Part shown: positions 1 through 8,444 of the stretch, piece by piece
Layout: each line of letters starts with the position of its first letter
Position numbering within the stretch: position 1 is the first letter of the stretch
Assembly: GCF_001564455.1 (NCBI RefSeq)
Contig: NZ_CP011391.1
Location: 1,620,001 to 1,652,000, forward strand
DNA from: Faecalibaculum rodentium
GTDB taxonomy: Bacteria; Bacillota_I; Bacilli_A; Erysipelotrichales; Erysipelotrichaceae
Reading direction: 5' to 3'
Length of the DNA: 32,000 bases
Translations under genes and position numbers: made by a program
The notes under the pieces: generated by a model
Databases searched by the model: none
Seen by the model: the letters and a program-made list of their open reading frames with translations, nothing else
What the model was told of the DNA's origin: nothing

Positions 1-452
1 GTGATGGCACTTTCGTCCACCGATGCGGCTCCATAGACCACATCTCCGTCCGCCGGAATCATTTCTCCGGCTTTCACCACCACAAGGTCCCCCGCATGAA
101 GCTCCGTGGAGCTGATGGGCGTGACCTGCTCCAGGGTTTCCACAGACTCGATACGGTTTGCCTCGATGTCCTTCTTTGCCTTGCGCAGCGAATCTGCCTG
201 GGCCTTGCCCCGGCCTTCGGCGATCGCCTCGGCAAAGTTCGCAAACAGGCACGTGAACCACAGAATCAGTGCCACCGCCAGGGTGTAGCCGGAAGAGGCA
301 TCCTGCCAGCCGAAGAGGCCGATGATCCAGAGGACTGTCACGGCAATGGCGGACAGATACACCAGAAACATCACGGGGTTTTCCGCCTGTGTCCGGGGAT
401 ACAGTTTCACAAAGGAATCCCGCACAGCGCGTTCGATCATGGAACGGTTCAT
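1..452 (-). CDS. kdpB: Potassium-transporting P-type ATPase subunit KdpB, N-terminal part (3' end runs off the window)
   Basis: Absent from the ORF track because the window edge cuts it. My reverse-complement translation from ATG at 452 reads [51 protein letters not shown]... and ends ...[33 protein letters not shown] at the edge, a typical KdpB N-terminus. It starts 5 nt after the kdpA stop, matching kdpA-kdpB order. Confidence 0.85.
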   Translation of the reverse strand, partial: [150 protein letters not shown]

Positions 453-457
453 GGTTC

Positions 458-2146
458 TCACATACCTCCCAACAGTTCAGCCACAGGTCCCAGGGCCAGG
501 GCCGGGAAAAAGCTCAGGGCTCCCACCAGCAGGACCACCAGGACCAGCAGGAACACAAACATCGCATTGTCGGTTTTCAGCATCCCCGCATTGTCCGCCA
601 CCGGCTGTTTCATGCCCAGAGATCCCGCCATCTGCAGCACGGCCATCATCGGCACGAATCTGGCTGCCAACATGAGCAGACCGCCGAGTCCGTTGACCAG
701 CCATCCCGTAGTGTCATAGCCTGCCATGGCGCTGCCGTTGTTGGCGCCCATGGAGGAGAATGCGTAGAGGATCTGCGTGAATCCGTGGGCGCCGGGATCC
801 AGGCCGGGCATGGGGTGCAGCGAGGCAATGGCCGAACCGGCGAGAATGCAAACCGGGGTCGCCAGACACAGAATCACCGCCCGTTTCATTTCGTATGGCT
901 CGATTTTCTTGTGGAGGAACTCCGGGGTGCGGCCGACCATGAGACCGGCAATGAACACGGTCAGGATCACGAAGGCGAGCATTCCGTAGAGGCCGCTGCC
1001 CACGCCCCCAAACACCACTTCCCCGACCTGCATGAGCACCAGGCACACCAGGGCAGAGAGGCTGTTCATGCTGTTGAGGGCGGAGTTCACCGATCCGCTG
1101 GAAGCGGCGGTGGTGCTCACGGACCAAAGGGCACTCTGGGCCACGCCGATCCGGGCTTCCTTTCCTTCCATGTTCATTTGCTGCAGTTCAGGGACCATGG
1201 CAGCGGCCAGTGCCAGGACAAAGAGCACAGCCATGGCCGAAAAGAGGGCGATCCCCTGCCTGCGGTTTTTCACCATGAAGCCGAAGGAGAAGCACAGGGC
1301 CATGGGGATCAGCAGGATCAGTACGTTTTCCAGGACATTGGTCAGCGCGGTGGGGTTCTCAAAGGGATTCGCGGAATTGCCCTGGGTGATCCCCCCGCCG
1401 TTGGTGCCGGCCTGTTTGATGGCGATCTGCGAGGCGGCCAGTCCTGTCGGAATGCGCTGTTCTGTGATCACCACGGCATCGGGCACCGGTTCGTCATTCA
1501 CATATACCGTCCCGTTTTCGATGACTGCCTCTTCCAGGATCGTTCCATCGGCCGTCGCAGCCACAGGTTCGGTCAGGGCGACATACTGCTCGCTGCCGGG
1601 ATTCATGGGCACCCCCTGCCAGGAGAGGATCACACCGGAGACCAGGCTCACGGGAATGAGGATGAAGAGAATGGCACCGGTCATGTCCTGCCAGAAGTTT
1701 CCCAGCGCGGCGGACTGCCGGCCCGTCAGGCCCCGGATCAGGGCGAAGAGCACACAGATGCCCACAGCCGCGGACACAAAGTTCTGGACCGTGATTCCGA
1801 AGGTTTCCGTCACCCAGCCCAGGGACAGCATAGGGTCATAGGACTGCCAGTTGGTGTTGGTGACAAAGGAACAGGCAGTGTTGAACGCCATGACGGGATC
1901 CATCCCGTCCACGAGCAGCATGACGAGCAGCAGGATCAGGGAAGCTGCCGAGAGGGTGAGCACCGCCGCGAGATACTGCTTCCAGTTCATCTCCCGGCCG
2001 GATATGTGCAGCCGGTCCAGGAGGAAGGCTTCGGTTTTGTTCACAAATGCGACGTCGTGGTTCATGACTTTTTTGCACCACAGGCCGAAGGGAACGGCCA
2101 GGGTCACTGTCAAAACCAGCGTCAGAATGGTAAGTGACATATTCAC
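458..2146 (-). CDS. kdpA: Potassium-transporting ATPase subunit KdpA
   Basis: 562-aa polytopic membrane ORF of KdpA length and character, followed directly by kdpB. AAGGAG SD lies upstream of the ATG at 2146. Confidence 0.9.
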   Translation of the reverse strand: MNMSLTILTLVLTVTLAVPFGLWCKKVMNHDVAFVNKTEAFLLDRLHISGREMNWKQYLAAVLTLSAASLILLLVMLLVDGMDPVMAFNTACSFVTNTNWQSYDPMLSLGWVTETFGITVQNFVSAAVGICVLFALIRGLTGRQSAALGNFWQDMTGAILFILIPVSLVSGVILSWQGVPMNPGSEQYVALTEPVAATADGTILEEAVIENGTVYVNDEPVPDAVVITEQRIPTGLAASQIAIKQAGTNGGGITQGNSANPFENPTALTNVLENVLILLIPMALCFSFGFMVKNRRQGIALFSAMAVLFVLALAAAMVPELQQMNMEGKEARIGVAQSALWSVSTTAASSGSVNSALNSMNSLSALVCLVLMQVGEVVFGGVGSGLYGMLAFVILTVFIAGLMVGRTPEFLHKKIEPYEMKRAVILCLATPVCILAGSAIASLHPMPGLDPGAHGFTQILYAFSSMGANNGSAMAGYDTTGWLVNGLGGLLMLAARFVPMMAVLQMAGSLGMKQPVADNAGMLKTDNAMFVFLLVLVVLLVGALSFFPALALGPVAELLGGM

Positions 2147-2423
2147 GTCTCCTTTTCACAGAGACGGTTATACCGAAAATGGTGTGAAAAAGTTGTTAAA
2201 GAACGAAGGGTGGTCGTTAAGATTTTGAAAAAGCCGATGCAGTCCGGTTCATGTAAGGGCTGCCAGAAAATGAAATACCGGTGCAGGAGGATGCCGATGA
2301 TGGCTGACAGGGACAGAAAGAGAAAAAGCCTGCGGGCTGGCACAGGCAAAGGAAAGGTCTGGACTCCATGGCAGGTTTTATCATGAAGGAAAGGGATCTG
2401 CGAAGATCCGGGGAGACGACAGG

Positions 2424-2687
2424 ATGAAGAAAATCAACGAAACACGGGATGACAGCCGGCCGCTGGTGGATGTGCGGACGAAAGAGGAATACGACCAGGG
2501 GCACCTGCCGGGGGCTGTGAATGTCCCGCTGGATACAATGGACCACGCTGACATTGCGGATGGATCCGATTTGTACTGCCGGTCCGGTCACCGTTCAGAG
2601 ATCGCCCGGTCGATTCTGGAAGGCCGCGGCATCAGGACTGAAAATATTGGCGGTATAAAGGATTACGAGGGTCCGATCGAGAAGTGA
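2424..2687 (+). CDS. Rhodanese-like (sulfurtransferase) single-domain protein
   Basis: 87 aa with LVDVRTKEEYDQGHLPGAVNVP and the active-site loop CRSGHRS. A GGGGAG SD lies upstream. Confidence 0.8.
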   Translation: MKKINETRDDSRPLVDVRTKEEYDQGHLPGAVNVPLDTMDHADIADGSDLYCRSGHRSEIARSILEGRGIRTENIGGIKDYEGPIEK

Positions 2688-2763
2688 GAGGTTGACAGAC
2701 AGAGTGCAGAGGCAGCGAAAAGAAGCAGAAAGCAGAATTTCCTGCTTTTCTGCATGCAGCATA

Positions 2764-2792
2764 CCGGCAGAAAAAATCTGCTGCCGGTTTTT
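2764..2792 (+). terminator. Rho-independent terminator after the rhodanese gene
   Basis: CCGGCAG (2764-2770) pairs with CTGCCGG (2781-2787), followed by TTTTT (2788-2792). A second hairpin, GCAGAAAGCAG/CTGCTTTTCTGC (2725-2753), lies just upstream. Confidence 0.55.
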
Positions 2793-2922
2793 GGCCGATA
2801 TTGAGGCATCGGATCAGCGTCATCCCCAGTCATCGTATTCCATGTTCTCAAAGACAGACAGGAGGTACCCGGCATGATCAGCCCGCCGGTTTGCCACCTG
2901 AAACCCGGAAAAGGAGTACCAC

Positions 2923-3450
2923 ACGAAAAATATTCTGATTATTTACGGAGATCCGTATCAGGAGAGCCCCATTGCAAACAAAGCCATTCTGGAAAAACTG
3001 AGGGCAAGTCTGCCGGAAGCGCAGCTGGATGACTTGTTTTCCCTGTATCCCGACTTCCAGATCGATGTGGCAGCCGAGCAGGAGAAACTGAAACAGGCCG
3101 ACCTGGTGATCCTCCAGGATCCCGTCTACTGGTACAATGTGCCGTCTCTCACCCACCGCTGGTTTGAAGAAGTTTTACGCTATGGCTGGGCTTACGGAGA
3201 AGGCGGCATGGCACTTGCAGGTAAAAAGGCCATCATCGGCCTGACGGCTGGTGGAGATGCAGCTTCCTATGGAACCGGCCCGGAATCCGTGATTTCGGCA
3301 GCCGAAGTCATCAAACCCCTCGAACTGGTCTTAGGCTACTGCCACATGGATGTCCTGGGCACTGTATTCACCACATCCATGCCAGGGCATGACCCGGAAA
3401 AGTATGAAGAGCACGCCCAAAAAATGCTGGATCTGGCGGCAAAGGCCTGA
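2923..3450 (+). CDS. Flavodoxin-like-fold NAD(P)H oxidoreductase (KefG / YwrO general-stress-protein-14 family); no canonical start codon, ACG occupies the expected start
   Basis: The ORF track lists only 3034-3450. The same frame is open from 2902 and reads (ACG)KNILIIYGDPYQESPIANKAILEKLRASLPEAQLDDLFSLYPDFQIDV..., aligning with the N-terminus of KefG/YwrO-type proteins. AAGGAG SD at 2911-2916 sits 6 nt before ACG at 2923. No ATG, GTG or TTG lies between the in-frame stop (2899-2901) and 3034. Confidence 0.6.
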   Translation, partial: TKNILIIYGDPYQESPIANKAILEKLRASLPEAQLDDLFSLYPDFQIDVAAEQEKLKQADLVILQDPVYWYNVPSLTHRWFEEVLRYGWAYGEGGMALAGKKAIIGLTAGGDAASYGTGPESVISAAEVIKPLELVLGYCHMDVLGTVFTTSMPGHDPEKYEEHAQKMLDLAAKA

Positions 3451-3503
3451 CTGTCAAGTTCCGGTCCGACTGAAGGAACGGTTATCAGAGTATATGACAA
3501 AAC

Positions 3504-3556
3504 AAAAAAGCTGCGTCCGGAAAAGAGAGTTCTTCTTTCTCCAGATGCAGCTTTTT
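3504..3556. terminator. Bidirectional intrinsic terminator between convergent genes
   Basis: Long imperfect hairpin with AGCTGC (3509-3514) pairing GCAGCT (3547-3552) plus further inner pairs. It is flanked by an A-run (3504-3509) and a T-run (3552-3556). Confidence 0.5.
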
Positions 3557-3634
3557 CCTTTGGCTGAATGACCGGCAGCAGATTCCCTGCTTATCCGGCT
3601 TCTCCTGGCTCTGCAGTCTGCACAAGACCTCGTG

Positions 3635-4872
3635 TCAGTCACTGACATCGGCATCCAGCGTAATCTGCACATCATGATCGGGATATGCTTTGCGGCACTC
3701 TTCCAGGATCTCGCTGTATTCCTCCTGGCGGTTTTTCACGTTGAAATCAATGATCAGGTCAAACCGGATCTGCGGGTAGTCGGCATAGAATCCGTGCATC
3801 TGCAGGATATGCAGATAATGCCCGAGAATGCTCCGGATCTTCTCCTCGATTTTCCGGCTCTCAGGATCCTTTGTGTTTTTCGCATAAATTCCCACAGCGC
3901 TCAGGATGACATGTTCTTTTTTCCAGACAGCGTGTTCGATCCGTCTGCTTGTTTCGTCGATCTGGTCCGCTGTCCAGGTATCGGGGACTTCGATATGCAC
4001 TGAAGCCACTTTCTTATCCGGGCCGTAATCGTTGAAAAACAGATCGCAGGCCCCGGTTACTCCCGGCATCTTCATGATTTCATCCTTCACGTTCTTGGCG
4101 ACCGAAGGATCTGTCCGCGCGCCAATGATTTTCGACAGTGCTTCCCTCGTAATGTCAATACCGGACTTGATGATGAAGACTGCGATGACCAGACTCACCC
4201 AGGCCTCCATGGAGATCCCCACAAACCGGTACAGCAATGCACAGGCCAGGACAGCACAGGACATGACCGAGTCATTGAGGCCATCCTTTCCCGAAGCCTC
4301 CAGAGATCCGGAACCAGCCTTTTTCTCCTGGGAAATGGTGTACAGTCACGGCCGATTTTACTCACGACAGCCAGCAGCAGGATCCAGAGGGAAAGGCTGC
4401 TGTAGGAAGGTACGCCGCCCCGGAGAAGTTTCTGCACAGACTCCGACAAAGAGGAAATGCCGGCATAGAGGATGATCATGGCAATCACGAAAGTGGACAG
4501 GTATTCCGTCCGCCCGAATCCGTAGGGATGCTGTTTGTCGGGCTCGCGTTCCGCCAGTTTCGTTGAAATCAGGGTGATGACCGAAGAACCGGCATCTGTC
4601 AGGTTGTTTACGCCATCAAAACTGACAGCGAGAGAACCTGTGATCTGCCCGATCACAACTTTGACAGCCGCCAGCAGGGCGTTGACTGCAATACCGACCA
4701 TGCTCGTTGTGGTTATGATTGCCGTCCGGCTGTGACCTGCCCGGGATTTGTTTTTGACCGTCTTATCGAATCCTTCCTTTCTGTTTGGATTATCCGCAGC
4801 TGCCTGGCAGATCAGACAGCTGTTTTCTGTACTGCTCCAGAACAAGAGTAAAGTAAGGAAGCAAAAGACCAT
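3635..4872 (-). pseudogene. Cation diffusion facilitator (CDF) family metal efflux transporter, split by a 1-nt frameshift near 4344-4349
   Basis: ORF 4195-4872 carries TM1-3 (GSLAVSFDGVNNLTDAGSS, HPYGFGRTEY). ORF 3635-4264 carries TM4-6 and the C-terminal cytoplasmic domain. The downstream frame reads LYTISQEKKAGSGSLEASGKDGLNDSVMSCAV just upstream of its first Met, so ...AVVSKIGR[D/E]LYTISQEKK... is restored by adding one base. No SD-linked start codon is seen for the N-terminus. Confidence 0.75.
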
Positions 4873-5196
4873 GCGCTATTTGCCTGGATATGACAGTGAT
4901 TTCCAAAACCGCTCTCCAGGTCCTGGACGCAGTTCCAGGGTTCGGCCATACCCTGGGCAGAACAACGATTCAGCTTTCCGGGAAGGACAGTCCGCTGCTC
5001 TCCTTTTTTGTCTGAGGGAAGGGTGTGCGGTCAATGCAGATCGATCCCTCTGCAGATGAACATATCGGCACCTGCTGAAATCCTGAGCCGCCATAGTCGC
5101 TCAGATTCTGAATCGCATAACAGCCCGGAACTGCCATTCATCGACTCGCCTGTTTTGAATGCGATTTCCTATCAGCTTTTTCTGCCATGCTCAGTG

Positions 5197-5226
5197 AAAA
5201 AACACCCGACAGGATATCCTGTCGGG
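5197..5226 (-). terminator. Rho-independent terminator downstream of the tRNA-Leu pair
   Basis: On the minus strand, CCCGACAGGATATCCTGTCGGG is followed by TGTTTTTT. Confidence 0.6.
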
Positions 5227-5238
5227 TTTGTTCTCAAA

Positions 5239-5323
5239 TGGTGGGGTCGATGCGACTCGAACGCACACGAGTTGCCTCACTACCGCCTGAAGATAGCGTG
5301 TCTGCCAATTCCACCACGACCCC
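5239..5323 (-). tRNA. tRNA-Leu (anticodon CAG), class II with long variable arm, CCA encoded
   Basis: Reverse complement: GGGGTCG-TG-GTGGAATTGGCAGACAC-G-CTATC-TTCAGGC-GGTAG-TGAGGCAACTCGT-GTGCG-TTCGAGT-CGCAT-CGACCCC-A-CCA. All four stems pair; the anticodon loop TTCAGGC gives CAG. Confidence 0.85.
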
Positions 5324-5346
5324 ATATATGAAATGAAAAGAAAAAC

Positions 5347-5432
5347 TGGTGAGGCCGATGCGACTCGAACGCACACGAGCCAAGCTCACTACCCCCTCAA
5401 AGTAGCGTGTCTACCGGTTCCACCACGGCCTC
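5347..5432 (-). tRNA. tRNA-Leu (anticodon GAG), class II, CCA encoded
   Basis: Reverse complement: GAGGCCG-TG-GTGGAACCGGTAGACAC-G-CTACT-TTGAGGG-GGTAG-TGAGCTTGGCTCGT-GTGCG-TTCGAGT-CGCAT-CGGCCTC-A-CCA. The anticodon loop TTGAGGG gives GAG. Confidence 0.85.
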
Positions 5433-5466
5433 AGGTTTTCAATCGTTCCGGTCCGGAACATTAGTT

Positions 5467-5496
5467 ATGTTACCAGAGTCCCCCCACCGGTGTCAA
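5467..5496 (-). promoter_or_regulatory. Candidate sigma-70-type promoter for the tRNA-Leu pair
   Basis: Minus strand: TTGACA (5496-5491), 18-nt spacer, TAACAT (5472-5467), about 30 nt upstream of the first tRNA 5' end. Confidence 0.4.
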
Positions 5497-5641
5497 AATA
5501 ATTCTGCAAATTTGAACCTGCATTCGCATCATCGGCACCTGAGGGACTTCAGACCGCAAGCTTCATTCCAATCGCCCGGACTTTTCCCCGCGAAAAACGG
5601 GAACCCGATACAATAAAAAGGAAAGTACTGGAGGGAATCCC

Positions 5642-6466
5642 ATGAAACCACAATACAGACTGATCACCTGCGACCTGGATGAAACGCTGCTGAACACAGA
5701 GAAAAAAGTGCCGGCAGCCAATGTCGAAGCCATTGCCGCAGCCCGCAAAGAAGGCGTCAAGTTCGTCTGCACCACCGGACGCGGCTTTCCGTCCATTCAG
5801 GGGACGCTGCAGGAAATCGGAACCGTTGACCAGCCGGAAGAATACACCATTTCCTTCAACGGCGGTGTCATTACCGAGAACAGGGACAACCGCATCCTGC
5901 ATATGGAACCCATGGACTTTGACCTGGCGAAAGAGATCTTCCGCCGCGGGATCGCTTACGATGTCTGTGCCCATGTCTACACCCCGGATACGGTCTGGGT
6001 GTACCACATCAATCCTGGAGAAATCGGATTCCTGCAGGGTCGTATGGAGTTCCGGGAATTTACCGATACAAGCCTGGACTTTCTGGAAGGCCAGACCATC
6101 ATCAAGGTCCTGTTCGAAAACACAGACTACAGCTACCTGAAGTCCATGGAGGACATGTTCCATGACATCCGGAACCTGGTGGATATCTCGTATTCGTCCA
6201 ACCGGTATCTGGAATTCAACAAAAAGGGTGTGAACAAAGGCGCTGCCCTGCTGCGGCTGGCAGAACTGCTGGAAATCCCGCAGTCCGAAACCATAGCCAT
6301 TGGCGACAACTTCAACGACCTGTCCATGATCCGGACAGCCGGTTTAGGGGTCGGAGTGGCTAATACGCATCCGGATATGAATGAACTCTGCGATGTAATC
6401 CTTTCCAGGACAAACGACGAAGGAGCCGTGGCGGAAGCCATCGAGCGGTTTGTGCTGCGCTCGTAA
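5642..6466 (+). CDS. Cof-type HAD-IIB family hydrolase (sugar-phosphate phosphatase)
   Basis: 274 aa with HAD motif I (LITCDLDETLL), motif II (TGR) and motif IV (GDNFNDLSM), ending AGLGVGVANTHPD. GGAGGG SD present. Confidence 0.85.
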   Translation: MKPQYRLITCDLDETLLNTEKKVPAANVEAIAAARKEGVKFVCTTGRGFPSIQGTLQEIGTVDQPEEYTISFNGGVITENRDNRILHMEPMDFDLAKEIFRRGIAYDVCAHVYTPDTVWVYHINPGEIGFLQGRMEFREFTDTSLDFLEGQTIIKVLFENTDYSYLKSMEDMFHDIRNLVDISYSSNRYLEFNKKGVNKGAALLRLAELLEIPQSETIAIGDNFNDLSMIRTAGLGVGVANTHPDMNELCDVILSRTNDEGAVAEAIERFVLRS

Positions 6467-6527
6467 AACCGGGATTCGGGCCTTTGTTTCTGGGGCCGTC
6501 TCCCGTCCAGCATCGGCCTTCGCACGG

Positions 6528-6557
6528 AAAAGGAAGCCCGCCGGCTTCCTCTATTTT
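6528..6557. terminator. Bidirectional terminator between the convergent HAD and rlmD genes
   Basis: GGAAGCC (6532-6538) pairs with GGCTTCC (6543-6549). AAAA lies on the 5' side and TCTATTTT on the 3' side. Confidence 0.5.
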
Positions 6558-7885
6558 CATTCCTTTTCCAGCAGACACACCGCTTCCACATTCGGGGTCT
6601 GCGGGAACATATCTACCGGCTGCACCCACCTGGCCTTCCAGCCCTTATGCGCAAACCGTTCCAGGTCCCGCTTCAGTGTGTTGGGATTGCAGCTGACATA
6701 GACGATTCGCCGGGGATCGATCCGGGCGATATCCTCGACTCCCTGCTCACTCAGTCCTTTCCGGGGCGGATCCACGATCAGCACATCCGCCTGGTCCTGA
6801 AACTGACGGGCGAATTCCGTGGCATCCTGACACACAAACTGTGCATTGTTGATGCCGTTGAGCCGTGCATTCTCCCGGGCATTTTCCACTGCCTCCGGTA
6901 CGATCTCCACACCCGTCACCTGCGCTCCCCGCCTGGCTGCGAGCAGTCCCAGCGTGCCGGTGCCGGAATACATATCGATCACGCTGTCCCCGGGATGAAT
7001 GTCCGCCGCTTCCATGGCGGTGTTGTACAGGACTTCCATCATCTCTGGATTCACCTGGAAAAAGCTTTTGAAGTTCAGCCGGATCCGGATACCCAGGCAG
7101 TCCTCTTCGATGCTTTCCAATCCATGCAGGATAACGGATTCATCTCCCAGGATCACGTTGTCCTGCCGGTCATTGTGGTTGAACACCACACTGACCAGAT
7201 CCGGAAATACACTGACCAGTTTCGCGGTCAGATCTTCAAAATGGTTTTCCTCTCCGATGAACACCACCTGGCTCTGACCGGTTTTCCGGCTGCGGCGCAG
7301 AAAAATGTGCCGGAGCCCTTTTGCCAGCCGGGAAGTCAGCTCTTTCCTAATATACTGGTACAGTTCATTCAGCCGTTCATCCTGTATCAGACACGTATCC
7401 GTATCCACGATGGTGTGGGAATTCGGGCGGTAAAACCCGGTGATGACCTCCCCTTCGCCTGTGACCTGCACAGGAAACTGTGCCTTGTTGCGGTAGTTGT
7501 ACGGATCTTTCATGCCCAGTGTATCCCTGACCTCGATTCCAGGAAATTTACGGCGCATCCAGTCTGTTTTCCAGGCCAGCTGACTTTGATACTCCAGGTC
7601 CTGCAGGGCACAGCCGCCGCATTTGCCGAACTCCGGACACAGAGCCTGTGTCCTTTCCGGACTGTCGCTCAGGCGTTCCATGACCCTGCCGATGGCAAAA
7701 CTCTTTTTCGCCAGGATCACCCGGATCCTGGCTTTTTCCTGTGGCAGCAGCCCCGGCACAAACACCACTTCGCCATTGTGCCGCAGCACACCATATCCCT
7801 GGTCAGAGAGATCTGTGCACTCTCCGGTGAATTCTTCGTTTCGTTTCATGGCCTCATTATAGATTTCCGGCATCACGATTGACAA
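6557..7885 (-). CDS. rlmD: 23S rRNA (uracil-C5)-methyltransferase, RlmD/RumA family (TRAM domain, Fe-S cysteines, SAM methyltransferase)
   Basis: TRAM-like N-terminus, a cysteine cluster CPEFGKCGGC plus a downstream C, SAM motif DMYSGTGTLG, and the catalytic YVSCNP near the C-terminus. The start is ambiguous: TTG at 7885 (ORF track), ATG at 7873 or ATG at 7849. None has a good SD. Confidence 0.85.
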   Translation of the reverse strand: MSIVMPEIYNEAMKRNEEFTGECTDLSDQGYGVLRHNGEVVFVPGLLPQEKARIRVILAKKSFAIGRVMERLSDSPERTQALCPEFGKCGGCALQDLEYQSQLAWKTDWMRRKFPGIEVRDTLGMKDPYNYRNKAQFPVQVTGEGEVITGFYRPNSHTIVDTDTCLIQDERLNELYQYIRKELTSRLAKGLRHIFLRRSRKTGQSQVVFIGEENHFEDLTAKLVSVFPDLVSVVFNHNDRQDNVILGDESVILHGLESIEEDCLGIRIRLNFKSFFQVNPEMMEVLYNTAMEAADIHPGDSVIDMYSGTGTLGLLAARRGAQVTGVEIVPEAVENARENARLNGINNAQFVCQDATEFARQFQDQADVLIVDPPRKGLSEQGVEDIARIDPRRIVYVSCNPNTLKRDLERFAHKGWKARWVQPVDMFPQTPNVEAVCLLEKE

Positions 7886-7907
7886 CTTGCACGGCTGCGT
7901 CTAAACT
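7879..7907 (+). promoter_or_regulatory. Candidate promoter of the marR-ABC operon
   Basis: TTGACA (7879-7884), 17-nt spacer, TAAACT (7902-7907), 55 nt upstream of the marR GTG. It overlaps the 5' end of the divergent rlmD ORF. Confidence 0.45.
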
Positions 7908-7961
7908 CATAGCGTACTATTTAATAGCCGGCTATGTTTCTGGCTGTGAAAGGAGGATACC

Positions 7962-8444
7962 GTGTGCGAAAGTGACATTGCCCTGCCCCATCCCGAGGAA
8001 CTGGGCTACTATGTCCGCCGCATCGACGGACAGTTCGCAAAACACCGTCGTCTTGAACTCAAACAGTACGACCTGACTTCTTCTCAGTTTGACGTGCTGT
8101 TCTGGATCATGAAACGACAGCAGCGGGAGAACCTGGATACCATCCAGAAAGACATCGAACGCTACTTCCATATCTCCAATCCGTCGGTTTCCGGCATCAT
8201 TTCCCGTCTGGAACAGAAGGGATTTGTGGAACGGGTGCGCAGCGACAAAGACCGCCGCATCTGTCATATCCAGCCCACAGAAAAAGCCAGGGCGATGCAG
8301 AAAACGCTCTGGAAAGCCCACAGGGACATGGAAGAGCGCATCCGCTCTGAATACGGTCCGGGTCCCTATGAGCAGCTCATGAAGGAACTCAACCGGCTGC
8401 TGACACTGCTGACTGAAATTGTAAAGGAGGAAAGCGCATGCTGA
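7962..8444 (+). CDS. MarR family transcriptional regulator
   Basis: 160 aa with a winged-HTH core (LTSSQFDVLFWI...ISNPSVSGIISRLEQKGFVERVRSDKDRR). GTG start 5 nt after an AAGGAGG SD. The 3' end overlaps the next gene by 7 nt. Confidence 0.85.
   Translation: MCESDIALPHPEELGYYVRRIDGQFAKHRRLELKQYDLTSSQFDVLFWIMKRQQRENLDTIQKDIERYFHISNPSVSGIISRLEQKGFVERVRSDKDRRICHIQPTEKARAMQKTLWKAHRDMEERIRSEYGPGPYEQLMKELNRLLTLLTEIVKEESAC

Noticed and set aside
2143-2349. TTG-initiated 68-codon ORF upstream of kdpA, considered as a possible KdpF (hydrophobic stretch LFLFLSLSAIIGILL).
   Set aside because: It is far longer than KdpF (~25-30 aa), has a TTG start without an SD, its C-terminal half is not membrane-like, and it lacks the typical KdpF C-terminal motif. 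kdpF may be absent or too short and divergent for me to see.
2147-2423. Looked for a c-di-AMP (ydaO-type) riboswitch in the kdpA leader, since kdp operons in some Firmicutes have one.
   Set aside because: None of the conserved blocks I remember (GGGGACCCA, GGGUGAAUCC, CCGAACCCG) are present on the minus strand. cmsearch with RF00379 would be the decisive test.
5008-5331. 107-aa plus-strand ORF (and the 61-aa minus-strand ORF at 5191-5376) across the tRNA region.
   Set aside because: They overlap two well-folded tRNA-Leu genes and their terminator, and their translations have no protein-like features.
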